DNA from: Moniliella sp. 'wahieum'
Taxonomy: Eukaryota
Assembly (NCBI GenBank): GCA_003971905.1
Contig: RSEE01000024.1
Location: 248,001 to 312,000 of the forward strand
DNA: 64,000 bases
Direction of reading: 5' to 3'
Every line of letters starts with the position of its first letter. The stretch's first letter is position 1. The notes beneath the pieces were generated by a model, which was given only the letters and a program-made list of their open reading frames with translations, had not been told where the DNA came from and ran no database searches. This document shows, in pieces, positions 13,034-26,520 of this stretch. Position numbers and translations under genes: made by a program.

Positions 13034-14478
13034 ATGCATCTGCCCTCTGTCCTCCTCCTCGCCCTCGTCCTCGCGCTGGCCGCGAGCAGCAGCAGCCGCG
13101 CCGCCGCTGCCGCCCCCGCTTCCCAGCCCGTGCGCTTCCGTCCCCAGCGCCGGGCGCGCAGTGCCACCACCCCGCTCTTCCGCCGTCGCCACCAGCCGCG
13201 CACGCCCACCGAAGTCCACGCTTTTGCCCACCGCGAACTGGCCCGCATCCAAGCCCGCTATGGCGCACCCGCCCTGCCCCATGTGCGCCAATCCGCCCCG
13301 CTCACAAACGCCAACCAAGATTCGTTCTGGTACACCACGGTCCAACTCGGCACGCCGGCCCAGTCGCTTGCCACGCTCTTGGACACGGGCAGTGCCGATA
13401 CGTGGTTCCTCACGCCGCTGTCCAACTGTTCCGACTGTTCTGGTATTCGCCGCTTCCAGCCTTCGCACAGCTCCACCTACCGTGCGAGCGGGCACTCGTT
13501 TAGCCTCGCCTATGGTTCCGGCGGCTTGCAAGGCACGGTGGCGACGGACCGGATGGCGCTGGCTGGTACCACAGTGTCCAATGCGTCCGTTGGCATGGCA
13601 GTCACCGTGCAGGCCAGCACACTGTCGTCTCCCACGTCGGGGATTATGGGGTTGGGATTTCCCGCTCTGAGCGCCGAGGGTGTGACTCCGTTTTGGCAAG
13701 CTGCTTCGCTGCCCGAGTCGGTCTTTACGTTTTCCCTGCGCTCTGTCACCTCCAGCACAAGCCAGAACGGGGGCACGTTTACCTTGGGCGAGGTGCCTAG
13801 CCAGTACACGTCGTTGATCAACTGGGTCGAGCTCGACCCGTCAACCCATCAGCAAGGTTACTGGGCCGTGCCGTTGGACAGCCTTTCGGTCGGCGGTAGC
13901 TCCATCGCTCCCTCGCCAGACCAAGTTGCCGCAACGTGGGACACGGGCACAACCTTGATCATTGTCCCACCCAGCATTGCCCAGCAGGTGTACGCCAACG
14001 TCCCCCAGTCCAGTGCCGCCACGGGTTACGCCGAGGGATACTACCAGTACCCTTGTTCGTACGCGATTGATTTCAAGGTCCACATGGCCGGCAAGGCGTA
14101 CCGCATTGCCTCGGACGACTTGAATGCCGGCGCGATCGATTCGAGTGGATCAATGTGTCTCGGCGCGGTCGTCGGACTCGCCACCGGCACCTCTACGCCC
14201 CCTTACATTTTTGGCGATGCTGCCATCAAGGCGTTCCCTATGGTCGCCTACCGCGCCAATCCAGCTGCGATTGGGTTTGTTGCTCCGGCGGATTCCTTGG
14301 CCAACTCCACTTCCTCCCCTTCCTCCACGTCTTCCTCGTCCTCCATTACCCTTTCTTCCTCCACTTCCTCCTCTTCTACGGCCTCCTCCACTGGAGCGAA
14401 CGCTGCGTCCCGCTCATCCCCCAGTCTGTCTTCCTCTACCAGTTCCTCCTTCCTCACCTCACCTCTCTCTCTTCTCCT

Positions 14479-14510
<32 letters not shown>

Positions 14511-14768
14511 CTCCTCCTCCTCCTCCTCCTCCTCCTCCTCCTCCTCCTCTCCTCCTCCTCCTCCACCCTTGCCTCATCTAGGTCTGGAAGTATCGCCACT
14601 TCACTCGCCTCCTCGGTTCCACCCCCTCTGGCCAACTCCAGCCCCGTTGCAGCGCACGCACCCAGCGCCTCCCTCAGCACAAGCACCACGTCCCAGGCTA
14701 GTCGTACGTGGCATCCTGCCCTCGGCCTACCCCTTTGCTTGGTTGCGGGACTAGCTCTCTTCTGGTGA
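13034..14768 (+). CDS. Secreted pepsin-like (A1) aspartic protease with Ser-rich stalk and probable GPI signal
   Basis: Signal peptide MHLPSVLLLALVLALA; catalytic DTGS and DTGT; YGSG flap; IFGD; poly-Ser tail, then hydrophobic end LGLPLCLVAGLALFW* after a frameshift in a (TCC)n tract. Confidence 0.92.
14465..14565. repeat. (TCT/TCC)n trinucleotide microsatellite (poly-Ser)
   Basis: Seen directly inside the protease tail. Confidence 0.9.
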
Positions 14769-15214
14769 GACCCGTGAGTGTTACTGGTGTTCCCCTTCGC
14801 CGCGCCTCTCTTGCTCTTCCTTCCTCTCCCCCTTATCCTATCTACCCCTTAGTTGCTCCCACATGTTACGGACCCTAGGATTGTCTTCTCCTTTTTACCT
14901 CATCCCTCACTATTGCATTTGCATTTGCATAATCTCTCATCATTAATCATTCAACCTTCTCTATGTCTCTCTCACTCATTCGGATCCCCCCCTCCCCCGC
15001 CCTCCGGCTCGTAGCCCCTAACCTAGCACCAGTACGGGAAAATGACACGATCTTGAGCATTCCCTTACGCCTCGCGTATCTCCAGGCCTTGTCGGGATCG
15101 CGCCGGGCTCGGGCCTTACCTCGCCACAGGGCCCAATAAGGAACAACAAGCCAACGAGCCAACACGGAAGGGAGCAGGGAGCAGGGACCAGTTGCCGCGC
15201 CTTTTTGGCCGCGG

Positions 15215-18200
15215 TCAAAAGAAGATCGAGAGGGGCATCAACAGATCGCTCTGCCAGGTCAACTGGGACGAGAAACTTTCCTGTTCCAACCAGCGGGTGG
15301 GGAACTCGACGAGGTGGCCCTGCGTACTTTGCAGCAACCCTTCGATCGCGCGCAAGTCGTCACGGGAAAATTCGGCGTCTTTGCCCGTGCCGGGTGGCGG
15401 ACGCGGCACAGCTTCTTCCACCGCGGCAGGTCGATGGGGCGAAGGCGGGAAGGCTCCGGGTGTGAGTCGTGCGCGGGCGACGGGTCGAGGGAAGAAGGGT
15501 GCGGAGGCGGGGTTGGGTTCGGGCTCGGATGCGGTTGCGCGGGAAGGGGCGAGCTGTGGGGTAACAGGTCCGCTTGGGCTTTGGCCAAGCGCTCGGCGTA
15601 CGCGCCAAACCATTTGTATTCGCTCCACGTCTTGACCGTGTCGTCGGGGACGACGCGCAAGGCGCGACGGTAGAGCAACGTGTTGCGTTCGGCCACCGCG
15701 GCCACACATCGTAATAAAACGTTTCGCTCACCGGGTCGGTAAGTCGTCGGGACCAAAGGAGATGGGCGGACTGGGCTGGGCGAACCGCCCCGCCGGCGCT
15801 TTACGACGACGGGACGAAGCGGGCGGTGCACCCGCTGGCTCTTTGGGAGCCGGAGGCGTCACTTGGTCCACGTCCTCCACCACCGCCGTCGTAGAGGTAC
15901 CGGTCTGGGGCGAACGGGGCAAAGGGCCGTGCAACGCATCCACATCCAGGCCCAAATGTTCTTGCATCAACTTGATCCGAAGTTCATGCGGCATCTTGCC
16001 TACCTTGAACGGTTTCCCCGCCATGTACGAATCCACCATGTCCGTATCCCCAGCACCACGGCCAATTCCGAATCGCGATCGCCGCGCTGGGATCGTTCGT
16101 TGATGTTGGCCGAGCCACAGATGACCAGGCGGTCATCGACGATGCACAGTTTGCCATGGATGTACACTTGTTCGGTCGTGATAGCGCCGTTGCGCAGGCG
16201 ACCCCAATTGCGCAACCCATAAAACGAAATGTACTCGGCCGGGTCCACCCCACGCGCTTGCAACCGGGCAAAATCGAGTGTTTGCCACGACAAATAGTGC
16301 GGTACTGGGCTTCAACAATCAGACGGACACTGCTTGCGTCGGGGTGATCGATGGGCAAGGGGAAGCCCGGGATGAGGGGCATCATGATGATCGCACGGAA
16401 CGGCGTGTCGTCCTGGTAAGCACGAAGGATACGGTCCACCAAGGCATCGCCAATGTGGTTTTCAATTTTGGTCGTCTCCACAACGGTGGAGGAGAGGAAA
16501 ATTGGTTCTCAATGTAGACAAAGTGTTCGGCATTTTCAATCGCTTTCAAGTACGCATTTTGGATCGAATGTTCGACGCGTTGCGGCGTGCCCAAGCTCCA
16601 CGGCCCGCCCGAACGACAAATTTGCGCTTCGCACGTCCCGCGCAGTCCAAACGACGTGAGCTCCTCCGGACTAAAGTCGGCCGGCGGAAGAAGAAAGGGC
16701 ATTTCGCGCGTATGGTTTTTGATGCGCAACAGGTAATTCCACCGTTGGATAAAGTGACGCGCCAAATCGCGAGCGGGCTGGCCAACCAGCTGAACCCCCA
16801 CGTCGTGCCATGGCATCCGTGGGAACTTGTCCCGTTCAAACAAATCTTCCTCGGGACGGTTGAGCACAGTCCACTCCTTGACACGCTCGTTGGCATAGTC
16901 CTGGCCGGGCCAGATGTGGGCCTCGATCGTGCCAGAGGGGGTATCACGCACAGGACCAAGGAAGCGCGGATCATCAAACTCGTGCCGTACCCCAGTTTGG
17001 TCCGGATCGGCATGAATATCGTCGGTGAGAATGTGGGCCGGGGTGTCCCACCGACCAAAGCACAGGTCCAATCCCCCCATAAACGCAATTGTCTCGTCTA
17101 CCACACACATCTTTTCATGATGCGCCCAGTAAAACGTGCCGGTCTGGAAGTGGGAGGGCGAACGCTGGACCATGATGTTTTTGTGCAGGTTGATTAACCG
17201 CTGCTTGCTGTAGTTGGAATCGGTAGGGGTCACGTTGTTGGATACTTCATTGTAAAGGATAACAAAAACCTTGACCCCTTCCTCGGCCTTTTGACGAAGG
17301 ATAGTGTCCAGGCGGAAGCCCGGTTGGCCCGGGCGGCGCAAGTACAGCTCCTGCACACGGTCAGCATTCTCACTCTACCTAGTACAGTTTCTAGGTCACG
17401 AAAGGAGGGGGAAGACGCACAGGAGAGAGCCACCAGTCGTGAATCATGATGCGGTCCTTGGCACGAGCGAGGGCCTTGGACACTGCCCAAAAGTAATCTC
17501 GACCATCGACAAGGGGGGTAGCGTTGACATGCAGACGAATGGGAGCAAACGAATCAAATCGGTTGGGCCCGGCGTACGAATTCCTCCGAGCTACATCTTG
17601 GAGCGAAGCAACAAACTGGTTCATCTGTCGTTCGTTGTGCGCCACCAATTTGAGCTTTTGGTGCGAGTTGGTGAGGTAAAACGTGTGCGCCGACACGCCA
17701 TGAGCGTGCTGCTCAATGTCCTTGCCCTCTTGCATGTTGGTAAACTGTCCGCCAGTCAAGAGCGCCGTCATATCTTCCCTTTGTCCATGTGGCAGGGCTT
17801 CCCCCACCCCCTCCTCCTCCTCGTCTCCTTCTCCTCTCTCCTCCCACTCCGTTGGGCTTGGGACGGTGAATTGGGTGGCGATAAATCCGCTTGGGCCGTG
17901 TGATACGAAAGTCCATATCAAACAAAACACATCTGCCACCTTGAGCCCACCCAGTTGCTCGGCAATGATCAAGTACGATTCGCGCACCATGCACCAATGT
18001 TGGTTCTTGTGGGCCAAGAAGCGCAGCGGCGTGGGCGGGTACGAACCTTTCCTCGATATGGGAGAATGAACACCAAGGAAGCCCTGTTTGCCCTGCACGC
18101 CCGGCCGGCCGGACAGAGCCAGGGCCAAGGCACTGATCTCGAGGAACCTACAAGCCGATTCGCATCCGGTCGCAGCGCTGCTTGTCGACACACTTGGCAC

Positions 18201-19262
18201 AGCCACAGTTCCAGTTGCGCCCGGAGCGAGCGCGCGGCGGCACGACGATGGCTCGTGTCTCTGCCCCAGAAGGTGGTGTGCTTGAGTTTGGGCAAGGCGG
18301 GATGGAAGTGTCTTCGCTGCTAGCCATGGTACCAGTAAGTCCCTCGGGCTTGGTGATGCCCAGCCGGCCGCGTAAGGCAGCAGCACGGTAGTGGGTATAG
18401 AGGTTGATGAAGTCACGCATTTCGCGGTAGATCACCCCGGGTCAGACCATCGCCATACGACAACTCGATGCGGAAGATGGCATGGCCTGCCTGGGCGCCC
18501 GCCTCGAGCGAGTCGGTGACCTTGACGCGGATGGTTGAGAAGAACAGGCACCCTTCGGTCCCCTGTCTCGTCCTTCTCCAGCCCCATCTTGCAGCATGAA
18601 GGGCAACACGCCGAGCGAGAGTTCCTGGGTGAGACTGGGGTTCTGTGGGACTTTGGGTTCGGAAGGACGGGTTTTGCGGGCGGCAAGACGTTTCTTGAGC
18701 GCCTGCCAGCGCTGCTGAGCCATTTGCTGCGCGAAGCCCGACGTGCCCGGGGCGGGCTCGCCTCAGGCTCGTGTTCGGGGTCTGGTCGTCGTCGACCCAG
18801 GATGGGTCGTGGGCAGTGACCGGGGCCGAGGCAGGAGGGGGTAGGTGGCCCAGAACAAGACGGCCGAGATGGTGCTTGCGGCGTTGAGGCTGGACGAGGG
18901 TGGTGGGTTCCGGTGACGGGGGGGCGGTCAGAGGCGTGGGTATGCTGTCGCCGGCGGGGTTGGGGAGGGACATGGCACGGGGTGGAAGGAGGGAGGGAGG
19001 GGGGAGCAGTCCACGGCCACGGAGGCGCGCGGGCAGCTGCTTCTGAGCATGCGGGGCAGTGGGCAGAGCGGGTGCGGCAGTGGGTAGAGCGGGCGCGGCA
19101 GGCACGGCTGGCAGCACCGATGTGCCGAGGCCGGGGGCGCGCTGCCTGGCGCGGAGGCGGGCTCGTGCGGGCTAGCGGAGGAGGATGAGGGAAGTGGGGA
19201 GGCGAGTGTGGCCGTGGGCTGGTCCGTGTCGACGGGAGGGCAGGCCCGGCGGCGGTGGCCAT
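15215..19262 (-). CDS. SPO14: Phospholipase D1 (PX-PH-HKD-HKD)
   Basis: Two HKD motifs, HHEKMCVVD and IHGKLCIVDD..GSANINERS; NRFDSFAP, IHDWWLSP, RMPWHD and YIENQF; PX-like FRIELSYG..IYREMRDFINL. Several indels and an intron near 17355-17420. Confidence 0.93.
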
Positions 19263-20579
19263 GCGGCCATGGCGGTGGTGGTGGTGGTGATGGCGGTGGG
19301 GGTGGGTGGGGGTGCCGGCGTGGATGCTAAAGTACGTACGGACGCAGCCCCCCACTCGGCCAGTGCGCCCGTAGTCACTAGCGCTAGGGTTGGGGAGCGC
19401 ACACTTCCCCCGTGCTGCGCGCCAAGCAGCGCGCGCCACCGCCCCACCCAATCGGCAGGCAGGCGGGCGCGGCAAGTTGGCGCACAGCAACAACGACGCC
19501 TGACACGAGCCAACCAGGACCAAGACCGTTGCTGCGGCCACGGTCAACACGCCCGCAGGGTGCCGCTGGCGCGGCAGCTGGCCCATCCCTCGGCCACAAC
19601 CAGGTCCACGCGCTGCACCACGTTTGACACGGGCATTGTCTGTCGGTTCTGCGCATCCCCCCATCGCGAAGGCTATACGAGGACGAGGTGCTGTGTAGGT
19701 GCTGCCCAGTGCGCATCACAACCTCAGTCGTATCGCTTTTCTCCCGTCTTTATTACGGTCGGCACTACGTGAGCTGCAGGTGGGGACCTGTACCCCCCTA
19801 GGACCTCCGTCAGGACAAGCTGGACCAATTGGATCTGGAGGGCCCACCCACGGCACCAGCGGCAGGGGGGAAAGGACCAATATCGCCTCGGAGCAGTCGC
19901 AGGAGATGCCGAGGTGACGCGGTTGCTATGGCGCAGAAGGAACGGCGTGCGTGCCGAAGTGCGGTCAGCGCTCAGCGGGGAAGGAGGGGGAGGAGGTGTT
20001 CCAATGCACGGTGTTGGGTGGCCGCGCACGTGACTAGTGACTCTGGGGGAAAGTTTTTGGACCAGTCCTGATGCATGAGGGTTGCACCGTGACGTGTGAC
20101 TAATGAGTGGTGACCGGTGAGCGTGCGCGCGGCAACCGGTGAACCAAGACAATTAGAACGGCACCCCAGTGGGCAGCGGCGTGGGCCGAGTGTTGGCGAG
20201 GAACACTGGCGCCGGCGCGGCGCGCGGGGTGGCGTGGAGCGCGGGGTGGAGCACGAGGCGCGGACGGGGGCTGTGTGTGCTCTTTTGCAGGGCCTGCGGC
20301 CCAGCCTGTCGAGAAAGCAGGCGCGGGGGCAGCGGGGGCGGCAGCGCGCCGGTGTGGGCGCAGGCGGGCGCCCAGCGCAGGCCAGCAGTGCCAGTGCCCC
20401 TGCGATCGCAGCACCGCAGCCGGGCAGCGCTCCCGCCCGCCTTGGCGGTGGGGTTGTCTTCGCCGTGGCCGTCGCCTCGGCCGTCGTCTCGGCCTTCGTC
20501 TCCGTCCTCGTCCTCGTCCTCGTCCTCGTCGCCGTCTCCATCCCGCCCACGCCGCCCGCCACGCGCATCGCCGCGTTCC

Positions 20580-23500
20580 ATGGCCATCACCTCCCTCCTG
20601 CCCTGGCGGCGCACCCGCGACCCGCCCCCCACCTCCGCCCCTCGCCCTCGTCCTTGCCCGCGCCCTCGCCCTCGTCCGCACCCCGCCCCCCCCCCCACGC
20701 AGCCCCCTGCCCTTTTCCCTGCCGCTCCCGCAGTCCTCGGCGCGCCACGCCGCCAGCAGCCTCCTCTCCCCCCCCAGCAAGGCCAGCCGCCACTCGCACG
20801 CCAGCGCCCACTCTCCCCTCCCGCATCCCCACCCCCATCTCCCCACCGACGGCATCCGTCTCGCCCGCTCCCGCTCCCGCCTCCGCACCCCACCCCCGCC
20901 TCCGCCCCGCCCCCGCTGCCCTCGACCCCCCTCCCCTCCGATTCCCCTCGTCTGTCTCCGTCCGGCTCGGGCTCCGGCTCGGGATTTGGTCTTGTGTCTG
21001 CCTCTGGCTTTGGCTCCGGCTCCAGCTCGAGTTATGGCTACACGCCTGCCTACCTGGCCGTTGAACTGACGGCCTCCCAGGTCGTTGCCCTCCTTGCAGC
21101 CGTGAGCGATGCGATTGTGCTGCGTGGCCTGCAGACCCCGCTTCTGTTCTCCTCGCTGTCCTTGGCCTTGACCGCGCTCGGTCCCTCGAGTCTGATCCGC
21201 GCCTACCTTGGCCCGGGGCGGACCCCCCCCGCCGGGCGCACCGGTCCCAGCGGCGTTTGTCGCCGAAGCGCAATTTGCTTCCCCGAGCGACCTGGCGTGT
21301 GTGCTCAAGTGGGCGCTCGGCCGCATTGTAACCCACATTCCTTCGCCCGATCCGAGTGGAGAAGGCGAACTGCGCGTGCGCGGCTTCCTCTCCCTCGACA
21401 CGTACCTCGTCTGGCGCAACGAGGAGCAGGTAGATGGCTTCCCTGCCACGTCGTACTTGGAGATGAAAGAGCGTGTGTCGCCCGAGGTGGGCGAGTTGTT
21501 GACCCAGCTCCTCTCGCTCTTGTCCAGTGCCGGTGCGTACGCCATTGAAAACGGCATGACCATCGCCCGTCTCGCCCGCACGTTTGGACCCTTGATCTTT
21601 GGCTTGCCCGAAGACGACACGTTTGGCAAGACGTATCTGGCCTATGTGCGCGCCACCAATGCCACCGAGCACCTGCTGCTTGCCTACCTTCGTCATCTCC
21701 AAACTACTCTCCAAGCCAAGGGATCCGCCTTGCCTCTTCGTCTCACCCAGGTCATCCAGGGCTATCCATCCACCTTGGCAGCCAACCTCGACGTCCTCGC
21801 CGCCGGGTCGGGCAAGACGGTCCCCCTGACCATCCTCGAGCGTAGCGTGCGCACTTACGCCCCCGACCTCCTCGTCCACGCCTTGACATTCGAACTTCCC
21901 TCCAAGGGAAAAGAGTGGGACGCCTGCCATTTGTCTGACAAGGACGCGCGACACGGTTGCCTACCCCAGTTCACTCCGCGCTTCCGCAAACTGATTCACT
22001 ACCAAGCCGGTGTCCAGGTCGCGCCCGTGGACCGGTTCAGTTCGCCCTCGCCCTCCTCGCTGCCGCGCACGCCGATTGACGCGCACCCGCCTCGTGGGCC
22101 GGACCCCAATGCGCCCCAGTCGTTGGCGGACAAGGTATGGGGCGACTTTGTGTCGGGTGGGTTTACCGAGGCCGACTCGTCCAAATTGGCATTTGATATG
22201 CAAGAAAGTGCGCGGCGGGACTGGGCCACATCGCAGCCAGCAGCGAGCCAAAAGCAGTGGGGCGAGTTTGCCGCCAGCGGGTTTGAGCAACCTACTTCGC
22301 TCTCGGCCGCCTTGGCGTTTAGTGAGCCGTTTCCCTCTCGTTCCGAGGGCGACAAGAGCGAAGAAAAAGACGCGCCGCGCAAGAAGAAGGTACCGCCAGC
22401 GCCTGCCTTCCCATACGACTCGAAAGCTCGTGTCATGGCCAGCCCGACCATGTCGTCCGTAGCGCGTACCACGGCGCGCGACCCGCATGGGTCCATCGCC
22501 TCCTCCACCTCCCTTTCGCTCGCCCGTTCGCCAGCCGCAGCGCTGGCTGCCAGCATGGACGAAACGTTTGCCGAGGTCTGGGCCGATTATCTGTGGTGTG
22601 GCGGCTGGTCCCATTTTTCGCCGCTGACGCCGCCGCCGACGGGAGAGGAGGATCAACTGGTGTATATGTTGCTAAGCCGTCGACGAGCCATGAGTTGGGT
22701 CCTGGTGCAGTACAAGTCGCGCCCGAGCAAGTGGAGTGTGGGCGAAACGGCGCCGACGCTGCTGGGGCAGGGGGAGGATCCGCGGACGGACGCGACGTAC
22801 TTTATCGTGTCAGAGGTAGTGCCGGAAGCGTATCGGGCGGCGATGGAGGCGTACGAGGCCAAGCGGGCAGCAGGTAAGTGGGGGAGGGTGCATGCACTGT
22901 TCAAGCGCAAGGGGGGCAAGACGTTTGATCCTGCCTTGACTGCGCAGGGCGGGGAAACGGGCAGCATCGCCTCCTCGTCGCGCAAGTTTGCTGCGTGGGG
23001 CGGGTCGGCAGCGGGGAGTGTGTTTGGGAGGAAGAAGGTGGCGCCGTCAATCGGGACCGACTTTGACGACCCGGATGACCCTTTCCGCCCCGGTCGCGGC
23101 GGCACTACACGACACACCCTCGCCGCCACCACCTACGATCGTCCGGAGGAGGAGGTGGAAGAGCTGAGTGCGCCCGTGGTCGGGATGGGGAACGAGATGC
23201 CCGCCGCACCTCCGCCTCTTGCCCGCTCTACTTCCTGGAGCGGCCACTCCCGCCCCGCGGCCTCGCCTCTCGGTACCCCAGCCGCACGTTCTCCCGCTTC
23301 GGTCCAGCTCGGGCGCGGCGGCCAGCTGCCTCTGCGCGGAGCAAGCGAAGGCCGCGCCGCCTCGGCCGACTCGGGCAAACTGTATACCTCCACCCCTCCT
23401 ACGCCCCACCCAGACCCCAAGGAAGATCGCTTGTCCCAGTCCCTGTCTCTGTCCCGCCCTGACTCGCGCGCCTCCCCCGCCTCCAAAACCTCCCACCTCC

Positions 23501-23942
23501 GCCACCCTGCCCCTTGACGGAGGAGTCGGCCCAGTCTCTGTCCCGCACCCCGTCCCGCACCTCGCACCCATCTCGTACTTCCCCTTCTCGTCCCACCTTT
23601 CGCCCTGCCTCCCGCCCACCCTCTTCCCCCAGGGTCCTTTGCCCCCCAGCGAAACTAGCGTCCCGCCTGTCCCGCCCGTACCTAGCTTGCCTGCCCCCGG
23701 AGCGTCGGGGCCCGGTGACGACTGTACCTTGGGCCCCGCTCCTGTTCCCGCCGCTACCCCTACTCCCCCCCCACCCCGTCCCGCGCGCCTGCTCCCTCCC
23801 CTGCCCCCGCCCCCCCCCGGCTAGCTGGGACTTGCACGGGGGCGGTGCCTCGAGCTCTTCCTTGGTTTCGGGGCGGTTCGCCACTCCTCAAGACCTGTCC
23901 CCCGCCTCGTCCGATTCGGTCCACAGCTGGGCCGACGCGTAG
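20580..23942 (+). CDS. Msb1/Mug8 (DUF1708)-like RhoGAP-fold protein with Pro/Ser-rich termini
   Basis: RGLQTPLLFS, DLACVLKWALGR, YLVWRNEE, NGMTIARLARTFGPLIF and ATEHLLLAYLR resemble the DUF1708 pattern; 769-aa core ORF plus frameshifted ends. Confidence 0.7.
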
Positions 23943-24538
23943 GAACCTGATCTGCTCTCCTCCCTTTTTCTACCCCTCTGCCTTCCTGTACCTCTCCCTT
24001 CCTGCGCCTCTCTCACCCTCGCCCCCTCCCTCGGCTTCCGCCTCCCCTTTTCCCTCTTTCTTCTCATTGGCTTGTCTTTTCTCTCTTTGTTGACTGAGTT
24101 CCCTGCCCTCTCTTACAACGCTCTCTCCCTCGTGCTTTTTGCTCTCGGAGCCACCGGCTCATCCATCATCCTTCCCTCCCTCCCTCCCCCTCCTTCCCTC
24201 TCCCTCCTGTTGCCTCCGTTTGGTCCGGACCAGTATACCGCCACGCGTGCGTGGAACCCACCACTCGTTCTTGCTATGGAACCGATCTGCACGTCCTTCT
24301 CTCAGAGCTCCGATCTCGCATCTCACGGGCCACCCGCCAGTGGCAGCTGGCCGCGCGCAGGAGGTAGCAAGCCAGGGTTATCAGTTACTAGCCTGCTTTA
24401 TCGATCATCGATCATCCATCTGCGGGGCCAGCAGTGCACCAGGTTACGTCAGCCCCTTTCGCACCAGGCCAGCCAACGTCCGCTGCTGGCCTTCACTGCG
24501 GCCTAGTGCCCTGATCTCAGTGTGCTGGCAGCTCCCCC

Positions 24539-24630
24539 GTCACGTGGTTGGGCAGCGCAGGCACGGGACCTGTCACGTGGCTTCCGCACGGGACCAGTCA
24601 CGTGGTGCGGGCACGGGACGAGTCACGTGC
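24539..24630 (+). promoter_or_regulatory. Cluster of four GTCACGTG (CDEI/Cbf1-type E-box) sites
   Basis: GTCACGTG at 24539, 24572, 24597 and 24622; the last three sit in a 25-bp tandem unit about 120 bp upstream of the CBF1 ATG. Confidence 0.75.
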
Positions 24631-24747
24631 TGGGTGTCCCCGTGCGCCCTGGGCTTAGGCCTTAGGGTCCGCAGGCTTTTCTGGCGTGCTGTGCTGCCAC
24701 CACGTTGCTCCTGCGCGTCCACGCCCCGCCCACGCCCAGCCTCCGCC

Positions 24748-25717
24748 ATGACATCGCCCGCGCGCCCCCGGCTCCGCCCCCGGCCCGCCACTTGCATCCG
24801 ACTCCGTGTCCCACGCGCTCCCGCCCCCGCCTCCCGCCACCGACTCTGACCGCGCCGCGGTGCCAGCGCCAGAGTCCACCACGGCTCCCCCCCCCGCCTC
24901 CCGCCCCGGTTCCTGCTCCGGCCCCTGCCCCTGCCTCCGCACCTGACTTTGCCCCGGGCATCCATCCTGCCTCCGCTCCAGCCTCTGCCCCCGCGCCCCC
25001 ACTGGTTCCAGCCCTCGATGTGCCTGCTGGCCCCGACTCGAGCTGGGCCGACACGACACTCGCCCAGGTGGTGAACAAATCCGAGTACTCGCATCGACGC
25101 ATCAGTCACGTACGTACCGGTACCTCTTTCCTTTGCCTGACCCAAGCTCACGCGTTTTCCTACAGAAAGAAGTCGAGCGTCGCCGTCGCCAGACGATCAA
25201 CAATGGCATTGACGCCTTGGCCAAGATCGTGCCCGGGTGTGGTGTGGCGGGGAGACGGAGTATGGGCCAGAACGACGGACGACAGTGGTGAACAAGGGCT
25301 TGGTGCTGAGCCGGCGGTAGACTACATCAAACAACTCAAATCCAACGAGGCGGCCAACATTGAAAAGTGGACGGTGGAAAAACTGTTGATGGACCAAGCC
25401 TTGTCCGATGCCGGCGCGCAAACCCACGCGTTGTCCATGGAACTGGATCGCATCCACGTTGTCGCCCACAACCTCGGCTTCTCTCATCTTCTGGACCCTC
25501 GAGCCGACTCAGCCTCCCTCGTCCTCCCGGACCATCTGCGCCAAGGGGCGTCGGAACCGACGGGGGAACCCGCCCGCAAACGGAGGCGGCACCGGCAGCT
25601 ACTACGCCCGCCGTCCCCCCCGCGCCCGATGCGACACCCGTCAACGTGGTGGACCCGCGCAAGCGCGCCGCCTCCACAAGCGAGGACGTAGCGCCAAACA
25701 AGCGAACCAAAGAATAG
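24748..25717 (+). CDS. CBF1: bHLH-zip transcription factor Cbf1 homologue
   Basis: Splicing out intron 25110-25165 (GTACGT..TACAG) gives SH|KEVERRRRQTINNGIDALAKIVPG; downstream AVDYIKQLKSNEAANIEKWTVEKLLMDQA matches the Cbf1 NIEKWTLEKLL signature. Confidence 0.88.
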
Positions 25718-26108
25718 CCACTACCCTCCTGAACTGCTACTCTTATAGCCACTCGCCCCACCGTTTTTTTTGCTGTCCTAGGCGTTCTGCCTGTTGTGCG
25801 TTGAATATACATTGCCTCCAATGAATCTGAATCGGTCCCATGCAAGGCGGGATGCGCGCGCGAGGGCTGGGGCTCGTGATGCTGCGCGTCGGCGAGCGGA
25901 CGCACAGGCCGTAGCGCGTCAGGCGGGACGGGGCTTTAGTTAGGTTTGGCTTGATATCCAGCGCGTTACGCGTGGTGCGCCGAACGGCAAGTGGCTGGGG
26001 CGTGTCGGTGGGTCGGGTGATCGTCACCGCATCATCGGTGAGGCGAGGAGTAGTACCAGCGCAAATTTTGGATCTAACAGGGCAAAGAACACGAGCGCTC
26101 CCCATCCC

Positions 26109-26195
26109 GGGCGGATAGCTCAGTTGGTAGAGCGCACGCTTTGCATTATCACTGTGCGTTGCGTGAGGTCTGGGGTTCGATTCCCTATTCGTCCA
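26109..26195 (+). tRNA. tRNA-Ala(TGC) with 14-nt intron (26146-26159)
   Basis: Acceptor stem GGGCGGA/TTCGTCC with G3:U70 Ala determinant; D arm TAGCTCAGTTGGTAGAGC; anticodon stem CACGC/GCGTG with TGC at 26142; T loop GGTTCGATTCC; T5 Pol III terminator just downstream. Confidence 0.96.
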
Positions 26196-26520
26196 GATCT
26201 TTTTGCTCTCGGCTTGTGGCTGCGCCTTGCCGTGCACAGACCATCGATCCAAGTGGGAGATCCGTCTGGCCTGAGGCCTGAGGGCGGGATACCAAGCCGA
26301 CTCAGCGCACAGGTAGCAACGTGTCCGTCAGAGATCTGGGTAGGGGCACCATTCGGAGCCGGGATTGCCAGTTCCACATTACTAACTACGCATCTCAGTA
26401 TTCTCAATCGCCGTTCCACAATTGGGATTCTGAGATCTGAGAGTCAGATCTGAGCGAGCCTCTTGCGCCCCGCCTATCACACCCCTTCGCTCTCTGCCCG
26501 TCGCGACGCCTCTCCCCGCC

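Noticed and set aside
10416..14768. Secondary-metabolite cluster around the HxxxDG acyltransferase
   Set aside because: No PKS, NRPS, terpene synthase, glycosyltransferase or transporter nearby; neighbours are housekeeping genes.
24561..24630. Short regularly spaced repeats as a CRISPR-like array
   Set aside because: Eukaryotic context, only about 5 variable nt between units and no cas genes; it is a tandem promoter repeat.
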